Assembly (NCBI GenBank): GCA_028023455.1
Contig: JAQFVV010000005.1
Coordinates: forward strand, 496,001-560,000
DNA length: 64,000 bases
Source: Epiperipatus broadwayi
Taxonomy: Eukaryota; Animalia; Onychophora
Reading direction: 5' to 3'
Positions 12,601 through 25,049 of the stretch are shown here, one piece after another. Made by a program: the position numbers and the translations under genes. Below the pieces are notes generated by a model. That model searched no databases. It was not told the DNA's origin and saw only the letters and a list, made by a program, of their open reading frames with translations. Numbering within the stretch: the stretch's first letter is position 1; the number at the start of each line of letters is the position of its first letter.

Positions 12601-14441
12601 ATCAATTTTATGTGTAGGTGTTTGTACATAACTTTTCAAACAAAAAAATAAAATAAATAAAAACAGACACACATAATTTAGATACACATTGATCAATAAA
12701 ATCTGTTCAAAAGACATTCATTTTTGATTATATTACTTGCTATCTGACCAATAATAGTGGTGGATTTATTTTGTTTAACTAGAAAAGAAAGTCACTAATT
12801 TTTTTTATAGCTTTTGGCTATATTAATTAATTACAATGATAATATGTAGAAACTTATAGCTAGTCAATAGCAATGCAATCAGTATGAATAATTACAGAAA
12901 TTAACATTATTTTGATCTTAATGACTTTATAATTCATCTCAATCCCTATCCAGACACACTTTAGAAAATTCCTGAATGATTTTTACTGTTGCATTGCTAT
13001 TTATATTTATAAAAAGTGCACAGTTAAAAATTTTGATGATTGCTGATTTAGAAATATATTTTTGTTAACTGCACTTTATCTTTTCCCACTCTGACTAAAG
13101 ATGAGTTGAGTTAATAAAGCATCAGAGTACTGTAATCAAATGAGATTAATTAATAATAATCAGAGATAATTTACTATTACCCATAATTCCGTGCTTTAAT
13201 ATTTAATATATATTACAACAAATATGCCATTATTCTCAATAACTTACAATATAATTTACAGTTGTAATTAATAATTTATAAAGCACATACTCATTACATA
13301 AATAATATATTAAGGCTATAACCTTAAGACTATGTGCCTAAAATGCGACAGTAGCGACCTCTACAAAAACACAAGATTAAAGACTTTAAAAGACGAGCGA
13401 CTTTTCTAAGTTAATAATAAATATATCTGCGATTAGCAGATTTTGTGATTTTGTTATTTCAAGCAGAGGAGTTAAATATAGGTAATATTTCCCCCTGCCA
13501 TCCATACCAACAGTCAGACAGAGGGGTTACAAATACACAACCCGCAGGCACATTTCCAGACCATTGAACCCCTTCATAACTGCAGGAAGCAAACAGTTCC
13601 TCTGGGGATATCTTTATTTAAATGGGATGACTCCAAAGCACCATTTATCCAAGGCTGACTAGAATATCCTCAAAAGAAGAGTTTAAATGCTTCCAACACT
13701 TGATTCTACCAGGCTAGCATAAAGAGTAGAAAACTGGTTTCAATCAGAATATCGGAGCAAGTATATAATTAACTTTAAATTAATTAAAATGTTATATGGT
13801 GAGGCACCAGAGAGAGAAAACTAAGCTAAATTGACAAATTAAAATAACATATTTATTCACACATATACACAACAGAAATAAAAATTAACATAATAATCAA
13901 ATAAAAATGAAATAAATAAATTATAGCCTTCTTTGTTAAGGATTAGTCTACTACTAGAATATGAGTAAACAACCCAATTGCACTTAATTACAAAGTTTCA
14001 AATAATATAAGTTTGTGTAGACATTGTATTTTAGATTTATATTTACCTAAGGTTTTTTTTTTGTAGATTCATTTCTGGAGTGATTACCCCTCTCTTCCTC
14101 AAAGGTAATGGAGTTCATTAGCAATGCTCCTCACTTCTTTTGGCAGCTGCTTGCTTCTCTAGCCCAGGTTGGCACCTATCTGGGTCTTGTCTGCAAATAC
14201 ATTTATATTAACAAACATGGATCGCAGCAATGGTAGACAAAGGCCTTTACTATATGTCAGGCATCAGATGTTGAAGAAACCAGGCAGGGAAACCTAAATG
14301 AACCCTTTTTGATGGTTTAGCACTGCTTGGTAATTTTTAAATGTTTGAGAATATTGCTATACATTTTTGATTGATGACCATAAACTTGATTCAGCAAATT
14401 GGCAGTAGAATGAATAATTGTTTGTGCACTACTGACTTACT

Positions 14442-14666
14442 CAGAGGCAAAATTCTCCATTCAGTCAGAGTAATCAAGGGATGCAGGAAGGTTTTTGCAT
14501 AAAATCGCTTTCTAGTGCCTATTCATTCAGTATCCCCAGACTAGTTTCTATCTTGTGGCTTTTATCAGTGACTAGCCTTGGATTGGTATAGAGAATTGTG
14601 CCTCTGTGTAAACAGCATGTGCAAGCATAAAGGATGGTAATCATGTGATGTTTAGTGGTTTAATAA
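14442..14666. mobile_element. HHR family A truncated/inverted insertion
   Basis: Antisense HHR at 14533-14572 (core CTGATAA, mutated), then a switch to sense at ~14585. TSD-like TACTGACTTACT (14430-14441) / TATTGACTTACT (14667-14678). Confidence 0.8.
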
Positions 14667-15238
14667 TATTGACTTACTTGATAGAAAAACTCAGAAAATT
14701 TTATATACTTTTCACAGTAAAATTTGTCAGAAGAATAAGAATAAAAATAAAACAATAGGAAATTTATAGCTTATACACCTTTGTCATCCATTATCTGGTT
14801 AACTACCTTATTACTTAATTTTTCAATTTTTTTAATTAGTTAATCTTCTCTTCAAAAATTTTTAATTACAATTTTGATCAACTTATTATCTAATCAGTTG
14901 GAAATATCCAATTTTAATAAATTCCATCTGAACAGATAATTTATACACATTAGAGATTTTTAATTAGACTGCTAATTAATTAGTTTCATTTATTATTCAT
15001 ACATGATAACTCTTTCAAAGGTAACTTTATAGTTGCTTTTACAGAGTTATATTTATAATTTATTCTTTTTTATTTATTTTTATAATCCATTAGAATTTTC
15101 TTTTTAGTTAATTCTATGTACACATATATATGTATGCATCACAATATTACAAAAAAATCACGTCAGATGTTACATGACCTAATTTAATAAGCTTGTATTT
15201 ACAAATGTTATACATAGAGCTCGCAAAACAAGTTCTTA

Positions 15239-15423
15239 ACAAGCTTTGTAGAATACCCAACCTTAGACCGGTTTCTGCTACTGGCATCCTCAGTGAAGTG
15301 CTAGGATATTCAATCATTAGATTAAAAATACCAGGACAACTAATGATTGAATATCCTAGCATTTCACTCAGGATGCCAGTAACAGAAACCGATCTGTGGT
15401 TGGGAGTATTCTACAAAGCTTGT
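15239..15423. mobile_element. HHR family C palindromic insertion
   Basis: ~83-bp inverted arms (15239-15321 / 15341-15423) around a ~19-nt spacer; each arm carries an HHR motif. TCACAATAT is repeated at 15139-15147 and 15425-15433 (possible TSD). Confidence 0.8.
15261..15298 (-). ncRNA. Type I minimal hammerhead ribozyme (family C)
   Basis: Minus strand: CTTCA-CTGAGGA-TGC cagta GCA-GAAA-CCGG-TC^TAAGG. Palindromic stem III ACCGGT, GUC triplet, one mismatch in stem I. The plus-arm copy at 15362-15399 has CTCAGGA and GAAACCGATC (mutated). Confidence 0.75.
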
Positions 15424-17233
15424 GTCACAATATATATATAAGCTTTAAAAATGATTAGAATTGAACTCATATATGTCAGAACTAAGCCATATAAAATAGG
15501 CTGTTATTACATTTGAAAGGTAATGGATTTTACCTTTGTTTAGAATATTGCTATATTTGTTACTTCTCTCCATATATCTGAAGCTTCTAATGCAAACAGT
15601 CATTTTTGCACTGGTATAGTAATCAAAGATAAATGTACTGTAAAATGAATTAATAGTGTTTGGTTAATTAGTTAAAACTGGAATTACATACACAAAAATA
15701 ATACAAAATGATTACAATTAAGAATTATTTATTGCATAATTAATACAGAGGCATAAACCATCAGAAATAATATACATCGATAAAAATTGAGGCACTTTAG
15801 AACATTTACATATTTGAAATTATTACATAATATTTTACAATAACAATTTTTATTTTATATTCTTATAAAACAATATTAACTAACAAATAACCAACATATA
15901 AAAAAATAAAATTATAGAAAACAAATTCATTAATTTTGTATGTTATTTCTACTTACAGTTATCAAATTATGTGAAATTAGTAGATTTTTTTCCCTGGAAT
16001 ACATGCAAACCATTGTTTCCCAAACGGTTAACTACGAATTATTTTTTCCTGTTCAACCAAAATCTTGCATATTTTCTAGTATTTTGCATTTTCATTCATT
16101 AATAAACCATGTCTTTTCTAAGTTGGACTTATGGATTGCAGGGCATCTGAAAACCCATTACAGAAGCCCTATAGAACATTAATAATATATCTAACTCTAA
16201 TAATTATTCCTTCATTATTTTAATAACATTGTAATTATTTATTTATTCACTTTATTTTTATAAAATCATCGACTCTCTTGGTATTATTAAATTCACTTTT
16301 TATTACAAACAGTAACTTATGCATTTTAATATCAATACTATTACATGTATATAGTATATTTACGCGTGAGTATGTGGGCACTTTTCTACATACAAGCTTT
16401 AAGATAACAAACTGTCATTCAATATAAAATAACAGTTAAGATCTATTTTAATATATGTATTTCAGTTCACTAACCTCAACGGATGCATTTGAGAACTTGA
16501 ATACTTGCCAATTACAAATGTCTTTAACTTTTGTAATGCATTTAGTTGTTTGTTATATAACTGATTTAAACATAATATATAAGTGCGAGTGTGTGTTAGT
16601 TAATCCATACTTTGAAAATAAACAAGATTGCTTTGATATATTTGTATGTAAAGCCAGAGTGTGGTCGGCAGATATTCAAGTCCTCCAGTATTCTCGACAG
16701 AAGTAGAAAGCCAGTAATATATGTATAGTGGTAGGGCTCATCTGTTAATTTCAAAGTTGGACGTTGGTTTAAGATCTTAAAGGTTATGTACAATAAATTT
16801 CACTAAATTAGAAATATTTTTAATTTATATATATATTAGTTTTCATTCATTTATTAATTATATACATACTTATATCTAACAAGTTGAAAAACTCAGATGT
16901 GAATATTTAGAGCCAATTCACATGTAGATTTAATTTTTTTTTTTGTATTATATATATTTTTAAAAAATCCAAATTTTGTTCCATTATACATATTCTTGGA
17001 AATTTTGGTTCAATTTCCGTGAACTCAATACTAGTTATAATTGTAGGTAAAAAATCCAATCAGTGTTAGTTGTATTGTCACAAGATATTGATTTTTTGCA
17101 TTCTATCCCAGAGTGCATCAGTTCACAAAACTCACATATTTGAGTTGCTATAGAGTAAATTACAAAGAAGTTTGAAAAAAGCCTTGTGGCACTTTTTCTA
17201 CAATAGTTTTAAATTCATTTTCATATTTTTTTT

Positions 17234-17298
17234 CCATGTGTCATAGCATCGGCCGGGACGCCAACCCACAACCGTCTGCAACCAACTACTTGCTTGCA
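17234..17298 (-). mobile_element. 5'-truncated copy of tRNA-like retroposed element (see 46986-47102)
   Basis: Minus strand TGCAAGCAAGTAGTTGGTTGCAGACGGTTGTGGGTTGGCGTCCCGGCCGATGCTATGACACATGG followed by an A-tract; matches the 3' two-thirds of the 46986 copy. Confidence 0.75.
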
Positions 17299-18105
17299 TT
17301 TTACAATCAATTTCAAACTATTGTAAAATTAGAATTGAGTGTATTTTAAATTATTTGAAATTAGTAATAAAATTAGAGTCAAAAATGTATTATTGTTGAT
17401 GTTTTTGTTTTTATTTATTTACATTTTAAAAATAATTTGTTATGATTTATAAAAATACATTTTTTAAGAAAAAAACACTAAAATATTAATATATATTTTT
17501 ATTAATAATCAACCAGCAATAAATCGAAAAACTTCAAAATAATTAAAATATGTTAAAATTCTAGATTTAATATATATACTCAAAACCAGATTTTTAGTAT
17601 ACACGAGGCATGTGGCTCCCTCTTCTTCCGCCTCCAACAACAAACAATAATTAATTGATTGGTAAACATAATGAATGGGTAAGTTTTGTAGACTTACTAA
17701 CAAAATAAATTTCAAACAAATTCAATATGGTTGAATTTGTGCCAACATAATGGGGAACATTGCAAAAATGAAAATCTTAAGAGATTTAAGCAGTGGTAGA
17801 GGGTCTATTCTGGGGCTCAAACTCTATGGTTTGTGGTTCAGCTCTCCTGAATAATAAACAATTCAGTTATGATTAATAATGGTGCAGCTGATTTTTAAGT
17901 AATATTAATAGATTACATTAAACACAAATTTTGTTCTGCAAATATTTATAAAGTATATATTCCACAATGACTAATCCAAAGCAATTATAAATACAGCCTT
18001 AATAACATGCACACATAACAAAAAAAATAGCTTTGTTCAACAAGAAATTGGTATATACTATGAAATGTACTTATAAATAACCTGACATCCATAAAATTGT
18101 TTTAT

Positions 18106-18829
18106 ACTCTATAAATTTTACAAGCGCAGTGTTTAAATTGTAACTATATAGAAGATAAACAAACCCTCATACTAGCACCATTTTTAAACAAGATGATAAA
18201 ACTGTAAGGCTATTCTTGATTCAGCCACAAGATAAAGTCTTTAAAGAAATAAGAATGACTGTCTTATTTCCAAATTCACATGGTAATTTATGAGCCAATA
18301 TTGGGTATCTAGAAGTGAGAGCATGATTATATAAATCATTCATTTTAAATCTTATTAGCATTTATGAAATATTAAAATTTACTTTACACCAATATTAGAC
18401 AATGTTAAAGTATGTACCATTCTATAAATTTTACAAGCACAGTGTTTAAATTGCAACTATATAGAAAGCAAACAAACCTCCACACCAGTGCCATTATTAA
18501 ATAAGATACTCTCACCCCAGCCACAAGATAAAGCCTTTAAGGAAATAAGAGAGACCATCTTATTTCAAACTCACATGGTAATTTATGAGCCAATCTTAAG
18601 TGTCTAAAATATTAAATTAAGAAATTGATTTAAAGTGATTGATTTATAAATTCATGCTCTCTTCTAGACGCGATTGGCTCATAAATTACCATGTGAGTTT
18701 GAAAATAAGATGGACGCTCTCATTTCCTTAAAGATTTTATCTTGTGGCTGGGATAAGAGTATCGTTACAGTTTTATCAGCTTGTTTAAAAACAGCATTGG
18801 TGTGGAGGTTTATTTATCTTCTAAATAGT
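18106..18829. mobile_element. Family D tandem + inverted non-coding insertion, no recognisable ribozyme
   Basis: ~313-bp tandem period (CTATAAATTTTACAAGC at 18109 and 18422) followed by an inverted third copy (~18630-18829). Perfect 14-bp TSD TAAAATTGTTTTAT at 18092-18105 and 18830-18843. Confidence 0.85.
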
Positions 18830-19586
18830 TAAAATTGTTTTATGTAAAGTAATGCTTAAAAATAAAATTGCTGGTATTTAAAATGTCTTCTCTATTCTTA
18901 TGTAGTTATTTTCCAATAACAATCTTTATGGAACTAAACCTAACATTAGCAATGCAATTATCTCTTCACTTTTTATTGTAGCTATGAACAATATAATAGT
19001 AAATTTAATTTATTTATAATAAAAAGTTAGCATTAAATAATTTAATTTTTAACAAAATTCATACATGTACATTTGCATAATTATATGAATTACTATAATA
19101 AATAATGAACAATGAAATTAAAAATATATATATTAATATCTTAAGATATATACTGATGACAGTGATGTGATTGATAAATTAAAAAATGCTAAAACTTTTT
19201 ATAAAAAATACTTAACAGTTTTTTTTAATGCTTGTTATCATATTCTTTTTAGGTACTCAATGAAAACGAAATTGTCTTATTTCTGAAGTAATAATGACTA
19301 TTTCGAGAAAGCACTTCCGGCCAAGGCCAAGTTGGCATATTTTTAACACGTCACAGAATAAAAAAAAATAAACGGAAATAAAAATATGAAATTGAAGCTT
19401 TATTGATAAAAGATTTTCTCTGATTACACCCAAAAACAATGTCACTTGAATACCTGCTCTTTTGTTTTCGATAGCATAAATATAATATTTTTAATATGTC
19501 AAAAATGTAAAGTTTTAAAAATTAACATAGAAAAGCTTATATTTTTTAAATTCAAAGTAACCAATATTGTATCAGTTACATTCAAC

Positions 19587-20339
19587 TAATGGTGGCTAGT
19601 CCATGTGCACAGTAGACTTGCAGCGCCCCCAGAAAAAAAAATAATTATTAAATTTGTGCTTCAAAATATTAATAATATAATAATCATTGCTATTTTACCT
19701 AATTATTATGTAAATACAACTAATTAAACCGTTTTATAAAATATATATTTTAAACAATGTGTAAGATTCTAGTCAAAGACATTGCTAACTATGACAGTGC
19801 CAGAAACATATTCAGTGAATACTGCAAATTCTGTGAGATCGGTTTGTTTTTATCAATGCACACAATTAACCTATTTGAGGGTGATTATCTATCTATTCTG
19901 GTTTCTTTTCAGAATGAATACACATTTTTGGTTTTATTGAAGATGAGAAATAATTTTTTTTTTCTTGTAATGGACATTTATAAATTGACATATAAATAAT
20001 TATTACAGAAAAATGTAACAAAATAATATGTAACAAAATAATAAAAGAAATATTATTTTCAATATCTATCATGATGAGAGTTATTGGTGAATATATATAA
20101 ATTACATTTTCCCCAAATGGCATTAAACGAAAAAAATTAAATAAAAAATAAAGGATCGATTTACTCCGCATACTATTATTTGTTGAACAGCAGTTAATAA
20201 AACAAAAAATACATTAGATTTTTTAACGATGATTGGAATCAAGTTATGAAATTACAAATTCTGTTTTTTTTTTTGCTTATTTTTGGTGACAATGTTGTAA
20301 TAGAACATCCCTGCTTAAAAATTTCATGGACCACCACTG
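19587..20339. mobile_element. Probable hAT-type MITE
   Basis: Right end reverse-complements to CAGTGGTGGTCCATG; left end is TAATGGTGGCTAGTCCATG. 8-bp TSD-like pair CATTCAAC (19579-19586) / CATTCTAC (20340-20347). Confidence 0.5.
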
Positions 20340-21289
20340 CATTCTACTGATGTTTGAATCTTAAACAAAATAACTGAAGTTTAATTTTAATACTAAGTTA
20401 ATTCAAAGAGTGAACTTTTAATGAATGAAAATTCGTTCTAGTAAAAAGTTTATGTTAGATTAGATGATAAACATAATCAAGTAAGAAGAGACTCTCTTTT
20501 CAAAATCCTGTCTTAGAAATTCACAAAATAACAGATCATAATTTTAAGAATTAAACTTCCAGATGTTATTTAATGTATATTTATAACATTTAGACATCTA
20601 AAGTTCTGTCAATCCAAAATGACACACAGAATTTTAGAATATTTGTATTTGTTGGTTGGATTCCTTGATGTTTTTATTTCTTCTTCAGTTTTTCTTTTTG
20701 AAAAAAATAAATAATGCTTGTTTTTTTTTCTTTCAAAAAATTACTTTTTAATAATTCCAATATATACTTGTTTTTAATTCATACTTTGTCAAATGTACAT
20801 TGAATTTCATTTTTTAATATCATTTGTTTTTCCAGGTTTTAGTTTTAAAAAGTAAATATATTGCTATGCCTTTACTCCAACATATAATTACATATTAATT
20901 GCATACTTTGTTTAAAAAAAGACTTAGGATGACTGCTTTTTTTAGTAATATTCTTTTTGTAATTTTATATTTATATTGTGTACATAAAATGGTTTATATA
21001 CTGTATACTGTATTTATATTGAGACAAAAAAAAAAAAAACATCTCATAGTAAATTACATATTAATTTTATTTTTAATTACTAAATAATATTCTTTTAATA
21101 TAAATGCTAAAGTCTTGTAACCAATCATAAAATAAGCTGACATCTAATTGAAAAATGTCATACATTTCTTACGCATGTATTTCAAATGAAACTGCCTTCA
21201 TCAGATTGATCAAAGGCTTTGTAAATATGCTGTAACACATTATTTTATTTTAAATAGCTTGCTCAGAAACCAATAGATGTCGCCCTATC

Positions 21290-22475
21290 AAATTTTGTCA
21301 GGAGAAATTAAAAGTAATGATGGTAAATGCTGGGGAAAGAGAAGAGAAAGAATTTTGGGGGGGATATAAAGTTAAGTGTGATGAATGGGGAAAAAAATTA
21401 ATAAATGAAGCAAAGGAAAGAAAGGGACTGATAAAGAAATTAACAGTGTTTTCATATAATAAATATGATGTAGTAAGAATTGTATGGAAGCAGGGTTTAC
21501 ATATGGTAATGATGTGTTATGTAGCAAAAGGGTGTTAGATTACTTAAAAAAAAAACAAAGAGAAGTAGTAAGACATGCATTAGATGCATATGTATGCACA
21601 TTAAAGAAGGTAATTCAGGGAGAAATGGGATGGTCATGTTTTTATATGAGAAATGCAAAAAGTAAAATGAAAATGTTTGGTAGATTGCAATTTATGGATA
21701 GTAAGAGAATAGTCAAAATAGTATTTAATTGGGTTATGAATGAAGAGTAGGCAACAAAATGGATAAGAAATGTAGTACAGTATGCAGAAGATTTGGATAA
21801 AGATTTTATGGCAGTATACTTGTATAAAGGGTGTGATGATTGTGTTAGGAGGATTGTTGAGTATCATAATAGCAAAGACTGACATAGAAGAATAGATACA
21901 TTAATAAAAAAATAGGATGCTGGAGAGACGGAGAACTAGTATGGAGAATAAAAAAAGCTTAAATATATATAGAAGTAAACAGAATATTGGGTGTGAGTTA
22001 ATTTATGATAATAGCAGGAAAAGTAGTTTACTGTTTAAGGCTCAAACAGAATCACAAGCAACAAGGGAATATACACATAGATGGAAAAATGTGGGTGAGT
22101 CAGTCTTCAAATTATGTAAGGAAGGCATGGAAAATATTAGGCATTTGCTAATAGAATGTAAATGCTTACAAACAGAAAGGGTACACATAATGAAGATGTG
22201 GGAGAATAAATAAAGACCAAGTGATTATTCAGAAAGTGGATTATGGGTCTTTATGCTAGAGTTGGGAAAAAGATAAAAGGGATCTAGGTACAAAGACCAT
22301 GGAGTGGATAAAGATATTATGGAAATGGGATAGAGTAGGATAAAGAAAATATGGAAAAAGCTTAGAGTGTGGAATGGAAAGGGAAGGTAAGGTGACTAAT
22401 AGGGTTTTATTGGACATATTGTCTGAGAGATTTCTGGTTTTGATAAAGGAGTAGCCATATCACATCACATCACAT
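21290..22475 (+). mobile_element. Non-LTR retrotransposon 3' remnant with C-terminal CCHC zinc-binding (zf-RVT-like) motif
   Basis: IYDNSRKSSLLFKAQT...KLCKEGMENIRHLLIEC reading (ORF 21917-22213), resembling arthropod LINE C-termini; (CACAT)n tail at ~22458-22475. Confidence 0.8.
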
Positions 22476-23022
22476 TTGCTTAGAAGTTTGCTAAAAATAC
22501 GTATTATGTACTATATCACTAGATAGATTTTTAAAATATTTATCAGTAGTAAATTCCAAAAAAATCACTTATGTAAAAATTTAAGTATGTGTGATATATA
22601 CGTATTGTCATACATTTTCATCATTACAATAAGGAATATTTTTATTAATCTTTAATCAATTTTTAGACATTACCTTTGTTTTTCAATGGTATTATTGTTT
22701 TAGTATTTTATGAGCAATCCTAACACGTTTAATTGTTATTTTTAAATTTAAACAATAAATAAATGACAAATAAAAAGTTATGTCATTCAAAATAGAGATT
22801 AAAAGAAATTTCCCGAAATTATATATATAAACAAACGTTTCTATTTTTCATAAAAATTTACTATAAATTTCTATAGATTAAATACACAGACTTATATATA
22901 CCTGTGTCTATATATGTAATAGACAGGGTATGAGCACAGACTTTCACATGACCCACCACTCTCCACACTATCTCATAAAACTGATACACCTGAACACACA
23001 TATGTCGAAAAGATAAATAATC

Positions 23023-23066
23023 ACCAATATACGTATTTCATGCTAAACCAGCAATCATCAGTTGGT
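23023..23066 (-). ncRNA. Type I minimal hammerhead ribozyme (family B)
   Basis: Minus strand: ACCAA-CTGATGA-T TGCT ggttt AGCA T-GAAA-TACGTA-TA^TTGGT. Stem I ACCAA/TTGGT, palindromic stem III ATACGTAT. Confidence 0.88.
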
Positions 23067-23495
23067 CCAGATTACCATCTCTACACATATATGCTACAAG
23101 TGCTCAGATATATATTAAGATAGCAAATCCTCCTACTTTAATAGACAGGCTTCAATGTACTCCACACTCCAACTCTTCAACTGTCCATCTAATTGAAAAT
23201 CTGATGATGGAACGCTCAAAGGCCACCCTTAGGCCGAGATTGTTGTCACACCCATGTTGACCTAAAGGTCAATCTGACCCCTCATGTACAGGACATAATC
23301 CATTAAATACATATACAAGGGATAGGCAGACATCTCTAATATGTAATAGATGAAATACACAGGCTTATATATACCTGTGTCTATATATGTAATAGACAGG
23401 GTATGAGCACAGACTTTCACATGACCCACCACTCTCCACACTATCTCATAACACTGATACATCTGAACACACATATGTCAAAAAGATAAATAATC

Positions 23496-23539
23496 ACCAA
23501 TATACGTATTTCATGCTAAACCAGCAATCATCAGTTGGT
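23496..23539 (-). ncRNA. Type I minimal hammerhead ribozyme (family B)
   Basis: Identical motif, 473 bp from the 23023 copy. Confidence 0.88.
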
Positions 23540-23890
23540 CCAGATTACCATCTCTACACATATATGCTACAAGTGCTCAGATATATATTAAGATAGCAAA
23601 TCCTCCTACTTTAATGGACAGGCTTCAATGTACTCCACACTCCAACTCTTCAACTGTCCATCCAATTGAAAATCTGGGGTCAGAATGACCTTTAGGTCAA
23701 CATGGGTGTGACAACAATCTCGGCCTAAGGGTGGCCTTTGAGCGTTCCTTCATCAGATTTTCAATTGGATGGACAGTTGAAGAGTTGGAGTGTGGAGTAC
23801 ATTGAAGCCTGTCCATTAAAGTAGGAGGATTTGCTATCTTAATATATATCTGAGCACTTGTAGCATATATGTGTAGAGATGGTAATCTGG

Positions 23891-23934
23891 ACCAACTGAT
23901 GATTGCTGGTTTAGCATGAAATACGTATATTGGT
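23891..23934 (+). ncRNA. Type I minimal hammerhead ribozyme (family B)
   Basis: ACCAA CTGATGA TTGCTGGTTTAGCAT GAAA TACGTA TA^TTGGT. Core 23896-23902, GAAA 23918-23921, predicted cleavage after 23929 (AUA). Confidence 0.88.
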
Positions 23935-24143
23935 GATTATTTATCTTTTCGACATATGTGTGTTCAGGTGTATCAGTGTTATGAGATAGTTGGAGAGTGG
24001 TGGGTCACGTGAAAGTCTGTGCTCATACCCTGTCTATTATAAATTTCTATGTATAATTAGATATTACGATATGATGCGATGTAATGCAGTTATATTTTAT
24101 GTGAAGCCTCCTATTTTACCAGATGTTAGGTACTATTATTTTA

Positions 24144-24681
24144 CCACTAAACATCACATGATCACTATTCTTTACTCTCATACAAATTGTTTACACAGAA
24201 GCAAAACTCTTCATACAATAGTAGCACTAAGTGCAAGCCAGAGTAATCAGTGGATGCAGGAAGGTTTGTGCATAAAATCCCTATCTAGTGCCTATTCATC
24301 CAATATCCCCAGACTAGTTTCTAGCTTGTGGCTTTCATCAGTGAGAAGCCTTAGATCTGAGAGCACTGCATAAAGATCTTAGAATCTAATGCAACCCTAT
24401 ACAAGCTAATATTATTGTGATTTAATTTTGTATTCAAAGCTTTATAGTTAGCTAAAAAGGTAAAAAATGACTGATGGAGGGTTGCATTAGATTCTAAGAT
24501 CTAGATGCAGTACTCTCATATCCAAGGCTTCTTGCTGATAAAAGCCACAATCTAGAAATTAGTCTGGGGATCTTGAATGAGTAGGCATTAGATAGAGATT
24601 TTATGCACAAACCTTTCTATGTCCATTGATTATTATGGTTTGCACTGAGTGGCATTACTATATAGAGAGTTTTGACTCTCT
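24144..24681. mobile_element. HHR family A palindromic insertion
   Basis: Antisense arm ~24144-24390 and sense arm ~24485-24681. Perfect 14-bp TSD GTACTATTATTTTA at 24130-24143 and 24682-24695. The sense-arm HHR (24529-24570) is mutated (CTGATAA, GAAATTAGTC). Confidence 0.9.
24306..24347 (-). ncRNA. Type I minimal hammerhead ribozyme (family A)
   Basis: Minus strand: TTCTCA-CTGATGA-A AGC cacaa GCT A-GAAA-CTAG-TC^TGGGGA; stem I pairs fully using G-U pairs. Confidence 0.85.
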
Positions 24682-25049
24682 GTACTATTATTTTATGACT
24701 ATATATTCATAAAACATTTATTTAGAAAGTTATGCAATTGTTCCTTTTGCTTAGTAATTTAGGGCCTCAGTATTTTTAATATTATTAATTCAATTTTATA
24801 TTTTTCATATTTTGCCAGAATTTTATCCTGAAAGACTTTTGATCACTTTTTTTATTCTTCTTTAGAAAACTACATTTCTTATAAGGCATTAAATATTTTT
24901 TTGTTAATTTATAAATGTTAAGTATAAAATAATTAGTTGTCTAGATGCATGGGAGGTCATATGAGATTTGAGCTGCAGAAGTGATATACAGTATATATAT
25001 ATGTTAAGATTTGATTCGGAAACTTTAGCTATCATATCTACAACTTTAC

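Larger units (their letters stand above)
22875..24037. mobile_element. HHR family B element: ~1.7 tandem 473-bp monomers plus an inverted copy
   Basis: Period 473 bp (22881/23354; HHRs at 23023/23496). Orientation flips at ~23676 through AATCTG microhomology. Perfect 13-bp TSD TATAAATTTCTAT at 22862-22874 and 24038-24050. Confidence 0.92.

Noticed and set aside
14090-14240. GC-richer block with a minus-strand TTTGCAG acceptor as a further exon of the thioredoxin gene
   Set aside because: The gene already terminates at 29826, and no frame here resembles a known protein.
19300-19340. Promoter candidates (CACTTCCGG at ~19313; CpG-richer patches ~49000-49130 and ~62950-63070)
   Set aside because: Single short motifs with no linked exon or transcript evidence.
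23195-23260. Second, opposite-strand hammerhead in family B (CTGATGATGG...GGCCGAGA)
   Set aside because: No GAAA at the right place, no stem I pairing, and the 33317 copy does not conserve the downstream part.
22875-24037. Repeats as a CRISPR array, or as assembly-generated palindromes
   Set aside because: Eukaryotic context with no repeat-spacer structure; the arms differ by point mutations and are flanked by TSDs, arguing for real insertions.
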